Positions 1-9,528 of a DNA stretch of 64,000 nt are shown here, piece after piece (position 1 is the stretch's first letter; every line of letters starts with the position of its first letter). Made by a program: the position numbers and the translations under genes. The notes beneath the pieces are model-generated. The model made no database searches, was not told where the DNA came from, and saw only the letters and a list, made by a program, of their open reading frames with translations. Origin of the DNA: an uncultured Flavihumibacter sp. (GTDB lineage Bacteria; Bacteroidota; Bacteroidia; Chitinophagales; Chitinophagaceae); NCBI GenBank assembly GCA_965649495.1, contig CBFGLD010000002.1:200-64199 (forward strand), written 5' to 3'.

Positions 1-2
1 TT

Positions 3-137
3 TTCGGTCATGCAGCACCCTTGCATGAACCGGTGGTGTCCCGGGGGCCTTTTGTCATGAATACGGACGATGAGATCCGCCAGGCCTATATCGATTACCA
101 GGCCGGAATGTTCGGAGAAGCGCCGGTTCTCCCCTGA
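3..137 (+). CDS. Pirin family protein, C-terminal fragment (truncated by window edge)
   Basis: Frame 3 reads FGHAAPLHEPVVSRGPFVMNTDDEIRQAYIDYQAG...; EPVV.GPFVMNT is the pirin C-terminal motif; TGA at 135-137. Confidence 0.85.
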   Translation, partial: FGHAAPLHEPVVSRGPFVMNTDDEIRQAYIDYQAGMFGEAPVLP

Positions 138-248
138 AATAGTGGTATCGCGCTTTAACTAACAGTTGTTTGTAAAATGACCCTTAGTCACCGGTCATCC
201 GTAAGCAGTTCCTTACCTTCGCAGCGCGTAAACAAAAAAACCGGTGCA

Positions 249-1505
249 ATGAAACTAAGTTATCTGTCTGAAACGCTGATTGGCTCTGAGATCGTTAAGT
301 TAGGTGGTGAGATCAGGGAGAAGATCCGACAGGGCGAAAAGATCTTCAATTTTACTGTGGGTGATTTTGATCCGCAGGTTTTTCCGATACCGAAAGCCCT
401 GGAGGATGAGATTGTGGATGCTTACCGCTCTCATTTTACCAACTACCCGGCAGCGGAGGGCAACCTGGACCTGCGGGAGGCTGTGGCGTTGTTTACGCGG
501 GAGCGGGGCGGACTGGATTATTCCCCTTCGGAATACCTGGTTGCGGCGGGTGGCAGGCCACTGATTTATGCGTTGTTCCGTGCGGTGGTGGACCAGGGCG
601 ACCGGGTCATTTATGCCGTTCCATCCTGGAACAACAACCATTACACGCATTTTGTGGGTGCGGAGCACGTGGTGGTGGAAGCTGGTCCGGATACCAACTT
701 CATGCCCAGTGCGGCATCGCTGGCTCCGCTGGTGAAGGGTGCCAGTCTGCTGGCCCTCTGTTCTCCCCAGAACCCCACCGGTACAGTTTTCAGTAAGGAG
801 GAGCTGGAAAAGATCTGTGATCTCGTGATTGCCGAAAATGCATCGCGTGGGCCGGAAGAGAAGAAGTTATATGTGATGTACGACCAGATGTACTGGCACC
901 TTACCTATGGGGATATCCAACATTATAACCCGGTAAGCCTGAGACCGGAAATGCGGGAGTACACGATATTCATTGATGCCATTTCCAAGGTTTTTGCTGC
1001 CACGGGGGTACGGGTAGGCTGGAGTTTTGGTCCCGCCGGCGTTATCAATAAAATGAAAGCCATCCTCACGCATGTAGGCGCCTGGGCGCCGATGGCGGAG
1101 CAGAAGGCCATGGCTAAGTTCCTGGGTAAAAAAGAAGCGATTGATCAATACCTCGCTCATTTCCGCAGTGAGATCGAGTACCGGTTGCGGAGCATTTATA
1201 ACGGATTTGCGGAGTTGAAGCGGGAGGGGTTTTTGGTGGATGCCATCGCACCGCAGGCAGCTATTTACCTGACCATTAAGGTGGACCTGGTGGGAAAGGT
1301 CACGGCAGCGGGGAAGCGGTTGGAGACCCAGGCAGACGTTTCCGACTACCTGTTGAATGAAGCCAAGCTGGCGGTGGTACCTTTTTATGCTTTCGGGGCA
1401 TCCAAGACTTCGCCCTGGTACCGGCTCAGCGTAGGCACCTGCAAAAAAGAAGAGATTGACAGCATGCTGGGATTGCTGAAGGCAGCCCTGCAGCGGGTGA
1501 ATTAA
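249..1505 (+). CDS. PLP-dependent aminotransferase class I/II (aspartate aminotransferase-like)
   Basis: Motifs CSPQNPTG and DAISKVFAATGVRVGW (PLP lysine); ATG 249 preferred over 177. Confidence 0.9.
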   Translation: MKLSYLSETLIGSEIVKLGGEIREKIRQGEKIFNFTVGDFDPQVFPIPKALEDEIVDAYRSHFTNYPAAEGNLDLREAVALFTRERGGLDYSPSEYLVAAGGRPLIYALFRAVVDQGDRVIYAVPSWNNNHYTHFVGAEHVVVEAGPDTNFMPSAASLAPLVKGASLLALCSPQNPTGTVFSKEELEKICDLVIAENASRGPEEKKLYVMYDQMYWHLTYGDIQHYNPVSLRPEMREYTIFIDAISKVFAATGVRVGWSFGPAGVINKMKAILTHVGAWAPMAEQKAMAKFLGKKEAIDQYLAHFRSEIEYRLRSIYNGFAELKREGFLVDAIAPQAAIYLTIKVDLVGKVTAAGKRLETQADVSDYLLNEAKLAVVPFYAFGASKTSPWYRLSVGTCKKEEIDSMLGLLKAALQRVN

Positions 1506-1584
1506 GACGTGTTAAGACGTGTTAAGACGTGTCTGACACATGTTCGCAGGACGTTCGGACGTCCTCCGAACATGTGTCAGACAC
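1502..1584. repeat. REP-like palindromic element copy A, with 3x 10-bp tandem repeat
   Basis: TTAAGACGTG unit repeated from 1502; inverted repeat GTGTCTGACACATGTTCG 1529-1546 / 1567-1584 with inner AGGACGT/ACGTCCT stem. Confidence 0.9.
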
Positions 1585-2752
1585 CTGAAGCACGGCGGAC
1601 GGCGGCGGCCACCCTTGGTGCCACAGAGGGGTCGAGGGGGGAGGGAATGATGGCTTCGTGCATCGGGTCTTCCACCGCATCGGCGATGGCATGCGCCGCG
1701 GCCAGTTTCATGGACATGGTTATGCGGGTAGCGCCGGCATCGAGGGCTCCCCGGAAGATGCCCGGAAAACAAAGCACATTATTCACCTGGTTGGGATAAT
1801 CGCTGCGGCCGGTGGCCACCACGGCAGCCCCGCCTTTAATGGCTTCATCGGGAAAGATCTCCGGAACAGGATTTGCCAATGCAAAAATGATAGGGTCAGC
1901 AGCCATCGTACGGATATCATCGGCGTGCAGCAAGGCTGCCTTACTGACCCCGATAAAAACATCGGCCCCTTTTAGTGCATCATGAAGATTGCCCTGGCGC
2001 TCTTCCTGGTTCGTGAAAGCCAGCAGCGCCAGTTTTTCTTTGTTCAGGTCGGGCCTGCCGCTGTGGATAATGCCGTGGCTGTCGCACATAATGATATCTT
2101 TCACCGGGGTGCAGGTATCTTTCTCTTCTGCTCCAATACATTTCAACATCCTGGCAATAGCGGTACCGGCAGCACCGGCACCGTTGATGACTACCCGAAG
2201 ATCAACCATATTCTTACGTATATGCCTGGCCGCATTTATCAATCCAGCCAGTACCACAATTGCGGTGCCGTGCTGGTCGTCGTGAAAAACCGGGATACCA
2301 AGGTCCTGCAGTCGTTCTTCGATTTCAAAACAGCGGGGAGCGGAAATATCTTCCAGGTTGATGGCACCAAATACCGGGGCGATATTGCGGATGGTGCGGA
2401 TGATCTCTTCCGTATCCTGGGTATTGAGGCAGATCGGGAAAGAATCAATGCCGGCAAATTTCTTGAAGAGCATGGCCTTTCCTTCCATAACGGGTATGGC
2501 TGCATGCGCGCCGATATTGCCCAATCCCAATACCGCGGATCCATCACTGATCACAGCCACTGTATTGCCTTTCAGCGTATAGTTATAAACATCCGAAGGA
2601 TTGTTTGCGATAGCCAGGCAGGGTTCGGCCACACCGGGTGAGTAGGCCAGGGACAGAGCTTCTACGGAATCGATATCCATTTTATTGCAGGTACCAATCT
2701 TTCCTTTTAGCTCGCGGTGCAACTGGAGAGAGGCCTGGAAATAATCTTTCAT
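1577..2752 (-). CDS. NAD(P)-dependent malic enzyme (short type, no PTA domain)
   Basis: AYSPGVA, DGSAVLGLGNIG, PVMEGK, FHDDQHGT, GAGAAG, TGRSDYPNQVNN motifs. Confidence 0.93.
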   Translation of the reverse strand: MKDYFQASLQLHRELKGKIGTCNKMDIDSVEALSLAYSPGVAEPCLAIANNPSDVYNYTLKGNTVAVISDGSAVLGLGNIGAHAAIPVMEGKAMLFKKFAGIDSFPICLNTQDTEEIIRTIRNIAPVFGAINLEDISAPRCFEIEERLQDLGIPVFHDDQHGTAIVVLAGLINAARHIRKNMVDLRVVINGAGAAGTAIARMLKCIGAEEKDTCTPVKDIIMCDSHGIIHSGRPDLNKEKLALLAFTNQEERQGNLHDALKGADVFIGVSKAALLHADDIRTMAADPIIFALANPVPEIFPDEAIKGGAAVVATGRSDYPNQVNNVLCFPGIFRGALDAGATRITMSMKLAAAHAIADAVEDPMHEAIIPSPLDPSVAPRVAAAVRRASGV

Positions 2753-2770
2753 GGTACAAATGTGCACAAA

Positions 2771-2800
2771 AAAGAGGCTGTCGGAGTAGACAGCCTCTTT
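2771..2800. terminator. Intrinsic terminator hairpin
   Basis: AAAGAGGCTGTC-N6-GACAGCCTCTTT with A/T tails. Confidence 0.75.
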
Positions 2801-2819
2801 ATTTTTTCACTTGCCTATT

Positions 2820-3065
2820 TCAGTTTTTATTATATAGGAAAACGAATGATTTTTCACCGGATGATAACAACGCCATAATTCGTTTACCTTCTGTAAACAC
2901 TTTCAGTTTATTACAATCGATCACTTCAAACACCCGGGAAAAGGTCGTGGAATTTTCCACTGCCATCAACAGGGTGTTCAGGCGGGTGAGTTCCCGCTCC
3001 ATCGCTTCGCTGTCATCGAGATGCTGTTTAACCAGTACCAGCAAATCACGGTTAGGTGTTTTCAT
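2820..3065 (-). CDS. Small conserved hypothetical protein (81 aa)
   Basis: MKTPNRDLLVLVK...FVFLYNKN; ATG 3065 lies just after the stop of the upstream small ORF. Confidence 0.7.
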   Translation of the reverse strand: MKTPNRDLLVLVKQHLDDSEAMERELTRLNTLLMAVENSTTFSRVFEVIDCNKLKVFTEGKRIMALLSSGEKSFVFLYNKN

Positions 3066-3076
3066 TTCATCAGATT

Positions 3077-3208
3077 TTAGTACCCAACATAACCTCGTTT
3101 CGCTTCGCAACCACAACCCTTGCCGCCAATCCTGTTTCCACTGGTGCATCTGGCCACTAAGCTACTGTACAGTACCATGAGTGTGACGTATAATAGCGGC
3201 TTCTTCAT
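3077..3208 (-). CDS. Small secreted/lipoprotein-like peptide (43 aa; not in ORF track)
   Basis: MKKPLLYVTLMVLYSSLVARCTSGNRIGGKGCGCEAKRGYVGY*; signal-peptide-like N-terminus and A-rich start context. Confidence 0.65.
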   Translation of the reverse strand: MKKPLLYVTLMVLYSSLVARCTSGNRIGGKGCGCEAKRGYVGY

Positions 3209-3258
3209 AATTTAGATTTTCAATTTAAACTAATTTCCAGAGAAAATAGTATGTTGTT

Positions 3259-4314
3259 TTGAGTCTATTTTCAAATTTTCCTCCAAATATTCCACGGGAA
3301 GCGCGGATTCTGATTTCCCCGCTGGACTGGGGGTTGGGGCATGCGACGCGGTGTATATCGATCATCGGTCAGTTGAGAGACCGGCTGGATGCCCGGGTAA
3401 CGGTTGCGGCGGCGGGTCCTCAGCAGGCGGTTATCCGGCAGGCTTACCCCGACCTGGAGTACCTGGAGCTTCCTTCCTACCAGATCCGGTACAACAAAAA
3501 CCGGACCGCAACCATTGCCGGTTTGGTTCTTTCCCTGCCCCGGATGGCGCGGGTGATCCGCCAGGAGCACTACTGGCTGCGGCAGCTTTGCGAAGGCAGG
3601 CAGTTTGATCTGATTGTGAGTGATAACCGTTATGGCCTCTGGCACCCACAGGTTTACAGTGTGATGATCACCCACCAGTTACTGGTTAAAACGCCTTTCG
3701 GTGCCGCTGCCGACCGCTTGGTACAACGATTCCTTTACCACCATATCAACCGGTTCAATGAGTGCTGGGTCCCTGATAACCAGGAGGAGCCCAGCCTGGC
3801 CGGAGAATTATCGCATCCCCGCCATCTACCCCGCGTTCCGGTAACTTATATAGGTCCCCTTGGCCGGCTGCGGGCCACCCAACCCCAAAAGAAAACCGAT
3901 CTGCTGGCGATCCTGTCGGGGCCGGAGCCGCAGCGGAGTATTTTGGAGCAAAAGCTGCTGGAAAGCTGGAAACAGTATCCCGGCCATTCCATGGTGCTGG
4001 TGCGCGGACTACCCGGCTCCCCGGCAGAGGACCCGTCTTCAAAGCCCTGGCCGGAAAAGAGGGTAGCGGGACTCACCGTTTACCCCTATGCGGGGGCGGA
4101 GCAATTATCCCAGCTGGTAGCCGATGCCGGATATATTCTCTGCCGGAGTGGCTACAGCAGCATGATGGACCTGCTGCCGCTGGGGAAAAAGATAGTGGTG
4201 GTACCAACGCCGGGGCAAACGGAGCAGGAATACCTGGCGCGTTACTTAGCAGGGCGGGGGTTAGTACGGGCGATGAATCCGAACCAGCTGGACCTATCCT
4301 TCCTGCGGACCTGA
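3259..4314 (+). CDS. Glycosyltransferase, GT-B fold (MurG/GT28-like C-terminus)
   Basis: LDWGLGHATR, RSGYSSMMDL, VPTPGQTEQEYLA motifs. Confidence 0.85.
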   Translation: MSLFSNFPPNIPREARILISPLDWGLGHATRCISIIGQLRDRLDARVTVAAAGPQQAVIRQAYPDLEYLELPSYQIRYNKNRTATIAGLVLSLPRMARVIRQEHYWLRQLCEGRQFDLIVSDNRYGLWHPQVYSVMITHQLLVKTPFGAAADRLVQRFLYHHINRFNECWVPDNQEEPSLAGELSHPRHLPRVPVTYIGPLGRLRATQPQKKTDLLAILSGPEPQRSILEQKLLESWKQYPGHSMVLVRGLPGSPAEDPSSKPWPEKRVAGLTVYPYAGAEQLSQLVADAGYILCRSGYSSMMDLLPLGKKIVVVPTPGQTEQEYLARYLAGRGLVRAMNPNQLDLSFLRT

Positions 4315-4338
4315 TATCTTTGCAGAAATTCATCCCGA

Positions 4339-5280
4339 TTGGACCCACAACAGCACCCCACCCTACCGGCCCAGGGCACAGACTCATCCTCCAACGCGCA
4401 CCTGGCGGTGCTGGCCGCCAACCTGTTCTTTGGCATCAATTTCAGTGCGGTACCCTGGCTCACGAAAAAATTCATCGCGCCTTATGGCATTAACCTGCTT
4501 CGGGTAGGCACCAGCGTGATCCTGTTCTGGCTGCTGTTACTGGTATGGCCTTCCCGCGCGGGCATCCGGCGCCGGCATTGGCCCCGGTTTATTCTTTGTT
4601 CACTCACGGGGGTGGTGATCAACCAGGTGTTATTCATCAAAGGATTATCAATGACATTACCCATCCATGCCGCCTTATTATCACTGGTAACACCCATATT
4701 CATCACGTTTGTTGCTGCCTGGCTGGAAAAAGAAGCCCTTAGCTGGTGGAAGCTGGGTGGATTGGCCCTTGGCATCAGTGGTGCTATCGTTTTGGTTGCG
4801 GGCAGGGATAGTTCCGTCAATGCTTCTGCCATTTTATGGGGTAATATCCTGATCATCATAAACGCCATTTCCTATGCTTTTTATTTTTCGCTGGTAAAGC
4901 CGCTGATGAAAGAGTACCGGCCCAGCCATGTGTTGCGCTGGATCTTCACCCTGGGCTTGCCGGTCATGTTATTGCTGGGATGGGAAGAAGTAAAAGCCGT
5001 TGAATGGCCGGCTTTTGGTCTATCCGAATGGCTGGCCCTTTTTGTGGTTTTGGTACTGGCAACCTTTTTTGCCTACCTGTTCAATTTGTACGGCATTTCA
5101 AAACTGGGTGCGGCAGTAACAGGTTCCTATATCTATACCCAGCCCATTTTTGCCAGCCTGGTAGCCGTTTGGGTAATGGGGGAAAGTATAACTGTCCAGA
5201 AATTGCTGGCAGCGTTATTAATTGTAGCCGGGGTTTGGATGGTGGGGAAAAAGCCTTATTTCTCTTCGGATTTGGGGTAA
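4339..5280 (+). CDS. DMT/EamA family transporter
   Basis: About 10 hydrophobic helices in two repeats; YIYTQPIFA motif. Confidence 0.88.
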   Translation: MDPQQHPTLPAQGTDSSSNAHLAVLAANLFFGINFSAVPWLTKKFIAPYGINLLRVGTSVILFWLLLLVWPSRAGIRRRHWPRFILCSLTGVVINQVLFIKGLSMTLPIHAALLSLVTPIFITFVAAWLEKEALSWWKLGGLALGISGAIVLVAGRDSSVNASAILWGNILIIINAISYAFYFSLVKPLMKEYRPSHVLRWIFTLGLPVMLLLGWEEVKAVEWPAFGLSEWLALFVVLVLATFFAYLFNLYGISKLGAAVTGSYIYTQPIFASLVAVWVMGESITVQKLLAALLIVAGVWMVGKKPYFSSDLG

Positions 5281-5753
5281 TCGAAGAAGAGGAATTTTTT
5301 CCGGGCAGCTTCGAAGTCAGCCCAGTGGCGGGTGTCCGCCTGCACTGCGAACACAGCGCAGGTAGGCATATTATCGATGCGCGTATCGGTAAGCTGGTTA
5401 ACAAATTCGGTTATACCCGGGTTGTGTCCGAAAACAGCCACCGCATCATAGCGGTCATCCAGGGCTGATACCACAGCATAATATTCACTGGAGGGGGCAT
5501 GATAGAGGCTCTCCTGGAGCTGAAGCTCTTCAACGGGGCGGTCATATGCCTTAATAAAATGGGAAGCGGTCTGGAAAGCGCGGCGGGCGGTGCTGGTTAC
5601 AAAGGCGTCGATGGAGATCTTCTTTTTGATCAGTCTTTTGGCCATTTCCGGGGCGTTCTGCTGCCCGCGCTCGTTCAGGGGGCGGTCAAAATCGGGCTGA
5701 GTTAAGTCACCCCAGCTGCTCTTGGCATGGCGCACTACGTAGAGTGTTTTCAT
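5256..5753 (-). CDS. SixA-type histidine phosphatase family protein
   Basis: RHAKS, DFDRPLNERG, GHNPG, MPTCAV motifs. Confidence 0.88.
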   Translation of the reverse strand: MKTLYVVRHAKSSWGDLTQPDFDRPLNERGQQNAPEMAKRLIKKKISIDAFVTSTARRAFQTASHFIKAYDRPVEELQLQESLYHAPSSEYYAVVSALDDRYDAVAVFGHNPGITEFVNQLTDTRIDNMPTCAVFAVQADTRHWADFEAARKKFLFFDYPKSEEK

Positions 5754-5956
5754 ACTCAAAAGTAGCTGGGTTTTTGTGATTTCTTAACCATTTTACAATA
5801 GGTACGATACAGAATTCTTAAACGGGCCTCACTCAGGGTCCCCCATAGGTTTGATTGGAATTAAAAACGGTCGGTCGCATTTTGGGAGCAAAAATGTTGC
5901 CAGAAGGTCCGATCCGGTGATATTTAAATCAAATAACGGGTAAACATTGACTGGAA

Positions 5957-7804
5957 TCAATACCCCCTTTCGTTCTTACCATCCATATAGTTCAGGAATG
6001 CCTTATTTACTACCCTGTTTCCGCCGGGGGTGGGATAGTTTCCGGTAAAATACCAGTCGCCGGTATTGGTCGGGCAGGCATTGTGTAAACTTTCTATGGT
6101 CTGGAAGATCACTTCCACGGGGAAGCCGATGTCAGCGGGGGTGATCAGCTCAGCGATCTTGGCACTGATCTCTTCGGCAGTGAAAGGGTGGTAGATCTCC
6201 TTTACAATATTCTTGGTGTGGAGCTGACCGGTTCTGGCCAGTTCGCGGGCTTCATCGTGAATTTGGGAGATCAGTCCTTCCATACCCCTGTCATTCAGCA
6301 GAGCGATGGCTGCCCGGAAGGCGATAAAGTCACCCAGTTTGCTCATGTCGATGCCGTAGCAGTCGGGGTAGCGGATCTGTGGTGAGGAAGAAACGATGAT
6401 GATCTTTTTAGGTTTCAGCCTGCCCAGCATCCTGACGATACTTTCTTTCAGGGTGGTACCGCGAACGATGGAATCATCGATGACCACCAGGGTATCTTCG
6501 CCGGGTCTGACGGTTCCGTAGGTGATGTCGTACACGTGCTGTACCATTTCGTTCCGGCTGGTATCCTCGGTGATAAAGGTCCGCATTTTGACATCCTTGA
6601 TGGCGATCTTTTCCATCCGGATCTTTCGGTTGATCATCTCGGACAGTTTCTCTTCATCGTAGTCATTACCCCAGGCCATGATCCGCTGAACTTTGATCTT
6701 GTTGAGGTAGTGCGTCATGCCTTTGATCATGCCATAAAAAGCCACTTCAGCAGTATTGGGAATGAAGGAGAAGATGGTGTTTTTAAGGTCGTGGTCAATG
6801 GATTGCAATACTTTATCGCTGAGATTATAACCCAGCTGGCTGCGTTCGCGGTAGATTTTTTCATCGTTGCCGCGGGAGAAATAGATCCTTTCGAAGCTGC
6901 AGGCTTTGCGTTCTTTGGGTTCCAGGATCTGCTCGATGGAATAGCTGCCGTCGGCCTTAACGATGAGAGCCTGTCCGGGCATCAGTTCCTTGACTTCGTT
7001 TTCGCCAACATTGAAGCTGGTTCGGATGGCGGCGCGTTCAGAAGCGCCCACGATCACATCTTCGGAAATATAATAATAAGAGGGGCGGATACCATGGGCA
7101 TCCCGCAGGGTGAAACTGTCGCCGTTGCCCACCAGTCCGCCGATATGGTAACCTCCGTCAAAAAGCACAGCGGATTTCCGCAGCACATTCACGATATCGG
7201 GATTACCCGGGTTCAGTTCATCTTCCTGAACCAGGAAATGGTGCACCACTTCCATCATGGCAGCGAGGTCGCTCTGGCGCTGGAAGACGCCCGGGTCGAT
7301 GTTAACCAGTCCGAACAGTTCTTCGGTGTTGACGAGGTTGAAGTTACCGGCCAGGGCGAGGTTGCGGGACTGGATCGTATGTCTTTTGATGAAAGGGTGG
7401 CAGAACTCCACATTATTTTTACCCTGGGTACCATAGCGCAGGTGCCCCAGCATCAGTTCACCCAAAAAGCGGACATGCCCTTTGAGCAGTCCGGGGTGTT
7501 TGCGGATATCGGGCTGGTATTTTTCGAGGTCGGCCACTTCTTCCCCCACCTGCCGGAAGAGGTCGGCGATGGCCTGGGTGGCGATGCTACGCAAGCGGTG
7601 CAGGAAAGGATATCCGGGCTCTACGTTCAACTTAACAGCGGCGATGCCTGCACCATCCTGCCCGCGGTTATGTTGTTTCTCCATCAGCAGGTACAACTTG
7701 TTGAGGCCATACATCACGGTTCCATACTGTTGGAGATAATAAGAGAAGGGCTTGCGCAAACGAATGAAGGCAAGGCCGCATTCGTGTTTGATTGCATCGC
7801 TCAT
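5957..7804 (-). CDS. purF: Amidophosphoribosyltransferase (long Bacteroidota type)
   Basis: HECG N-terminal Ntn cysteine, HNRGQDGAG, GHLRYGT, CSFERIYF, IDDSIVRGTT PRPP-binding motif. Confidence 0.9.
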   Translation of the reverse strand: MSDAIKHECGLAFIRLRKPFSYYLQQYGTVMYGLNKLYLLMEKQHNRGQDGAGIAAVKLNVEPGYPFLHRLRSIATQAIADLFRQVGEEVADLEKYQPDIRKHPGLLKGHVRFLGELMLGHLRYGTQGKNNVEFCHPFIKRHTIQSRNLALAGNFNLVNTEELFGLVNIDPGVFQRQSDLAAMMEVVHHFLVQEDELNPGNPDIVNVLRKSAVLFDGGYHIGGLVGNGDSFTLRDAHGIRPSYYYISEDVIVGASERAAIRTSFNVGENEVKELMPGQALIVKADGSYSIEQILEPKERKACSFERIYFSRGNDEKIYRERSQLGYNLSDKVLQSIDHDLKNTIFSFIPNTAEVAFYGMIKGMTHYLNKIKVQRIMAWGNDYDEEKLSEMINRKIRMEKIAIKDVKMRTFITEDTSRNEMVQHVYDITYGTVRPGEDTLVVIDDSIVRGTTLKESIVRMLGRLKPKKIIIVSSSPQIRYPDCYGIDMSKLGDFIAFRAAIALLNDRGMEGLISQIHDEARELARTGQLHTKNIVKEIYHPFTAEEISAKIAELITPADIGFPVEVIFQTIESLHNACPTNTGDWYFTGNYPTPGGNRVVNKAFLNYMDGKNERGY

Positions 7805-7896
7805 GGGAAGAATTGAGGCCGCAAAGTTAGGGAAATTTAAGGGAGCCGTACCGCTTCTGACCCTTTTATCGTACCTTACTTTAACAACCCTTTACC

Positions 7897-8991
7897 TTGC
7901 GCATCGTGCAGCTGCTGGCAGTATGCTTTTTTACCGGTGTCATGCAACCGGAAGGAGAAACTTTATACTTACAGGATAGCGGAAGCAAGCAGCCCAGGAT
8001 TCTTTTCAGGTCAGACTCCATCCTGGAACTTACATTAAGCGGCGACATCCCAGCGTTGTGGCGCGACCGGGGGGATGATCCTTCCTATCATTCCATGATG
8101 ATGAATATCGGGGCACCGGGAAAGGAAAAAGAAAGTTTCCCGGTGAGGGTACGCGCGCGGGGACATTTCAGGAAAGAGAAAGACGTTTGCCTCAACCCGC
8201 CGCTGATGATCAATATAGACAAGGAAGCGCGGACCAAGGGGACGCTGATGGCAGGACAAAACAAGTTAAAACTGGTGGTGCCCTGTACCAGCGAGGAGCT
8301 GATAATCCGGGAGTATTTGCTTTACAGAATATACAACCTGCTGACGCCAAACAGTTTCCGGGTGCGGCGGGTGAGCCTTTATATCACGGATGCCCAGGGC
8401 CAGCGCCGACCGATGCGACCGGGAAACCCGATGATGGGTTTTCTATTGGAACCGGTTGAACAGATGGCCCGGCGAAACGGCATGGAGTGGGTAGACAGCG
8501 TGGGTATACGGCCGGGATATTTACTGCCATCGGAACAGGAGATCATGAGTGTGTTCCAGTTCCTGGTGGGCAATACCGACTGGAGCGTGCAGTACCTCCA
8601 TAATATAGAGATCATCAGCCTCTCTCCAACTGTTCCGGGAATCCCGGTTCCTTACGATTTTGATCACAGTGGATTGGTAGACGCCTCCTATGCCCACCCG
8701 CCAGAGGAGTTGCAACTTACATCCATACGGGAGCGATTGTACCGGGGTACCTGTCCCCAGGCCGTATCACGCATGAAAGCCACTTTTGATGTATTCCGGG
8801 AAAACAGAAAAGAGATCGAAAAGCTCTACCAGGAAACACCGGGATTATCGAAGGGGTATCGAAAATTTGCCCTTGACTACCTGGAATCTTTCTACCAGAT
8901 TTTAGACAACCCCAAAAAGGCGGAAAACGCTTTCCTGGAGCAATGTAGCCGGCGTTCGGATGTCATCATTAAGGGTTATCCGAAAAATTAG
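7897..8991 (+). CDS. Putative exported hypothetical protein with CotH-kinase-like motifs
   Basis: Long ORF with RARG, KLKLV, REYLLYRIYN, GNTDWS, HNI, PYDFD; TTG start uncertain. Confidence 0.6.
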   Translation: MRIVQLLAVCFFTGVMQPEGETLYLQDSGSKQPRILFRSDSILELTLSGDIPALWRDRGDDPSYHSMMMNIGAPGKEKESFPVRVRARGHFRKEKDVCLNPPLMINIDKEARTKGTLMAGQNKLKLVVPCTSEELIIREYLLYRIYNLLTPNSFRVRRVSLYITDAQGQRRPMRPGNPMMGFLLEPVEQMARRNGMEWVDSVGIRPGYLLPSEQEIMSVFQFLVGNTDWSVQYLHNIEIISLSPTVPGIPVPYDFDHSGLVDASYAHPPEELQLTSIRERLYRGTCPQAVSRMKATFDVFRENRKEIEKLYQETPGLSKGYRKFALDYLESFYQILDNPKKAENAFLEQCSRRSDVIIKGYPKN

Positions 8992-9009
8992 GGGAGTGGC
9001 CGCCCCGGC

Positions 9010-9465
9010 TTATTTTCTTCCGCTCAGCACCAGGTAGATACTCAGCAGGGAAAGCAGGAAACCAATGATAGAGAAGGCGAAAGACCACCAGTAGGTCAGG
9101 ATGCGGTATTTGGTAAAGCGGAGCCGGGCAACCCGCAGGTCTTCTTTAAGGTCGTGGTCCCAGGAATGGTGGGAGTTCTCTTCGTGGTGGTGTTCTTTGT
9201 GTTTATGTTCCGAATCGCGGAGGAAAACGGGGTAGCCACCCTGCAGGATCCAGAATCTGCCATGGTGGGAGATGGACAGCAGGGTGTGTTGTTCATCCGT
9301 ATAATGGGCCAGTTTTTCAGTGACCAGTTGGTCGCCCAGGGATTTTGAGGAGGAAAACGTTTCAGGGTCACCGGGCCATTTTGCAGCGATATGATCGTAC
9401 AGGCTTAGTTCCCCGGCATTGTACAAATCCTGTAAAAGTTCCTGGAGCAGCAATTCGCGGTTCAT
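9010..9465 (-). CDS. Hypothetical protein with His-rich linker and C-terminal TM helix
   Basis: EHKHKEHHHEENSHHSWDH followed by a hydrophobic C-terminus. Confidence 0.7.
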   Translation of the reverse strand: MNRELLLQELLQDLYNAGELSLYDHIAAKWPGDPETFSSSKSLGDQLVTEKLAHYTDEQHTLLSISHHGRFWILQGGYPVFLRDSEHKHKEHHHEENSHHSWDHDLKEDLRVARLRFTKYRILTYWWSFAFSIIGFLLSLLSIYLVLSGRK

Positions 9466-9528
9466 GGCGTCCAATATTACCTTGAAATTACATCAATAAC
9501 TTTTCCTTTTCTTTGCCCAAAAATAAAA

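Noticed and set aside
1502-1584. CRISPR array suggested by repeats here and at 40727 and 48857
   Set aside because: Units are 10-12 bp tandem or inverted repeats without unique spacers, and no cas genes are present
5760-5956. Possible ncRNA or riboswitch between purF and sixA
   Set aside because: No recognisable aptamer, terminator or ORF; cannot be supported from the sequence alone
6536-7816. Long antisense ORFs (6536-7816, 29944-31869, 1982-2641 and others)
   Set aside because: Shadow frames opposite well-supported genes, with no motifs
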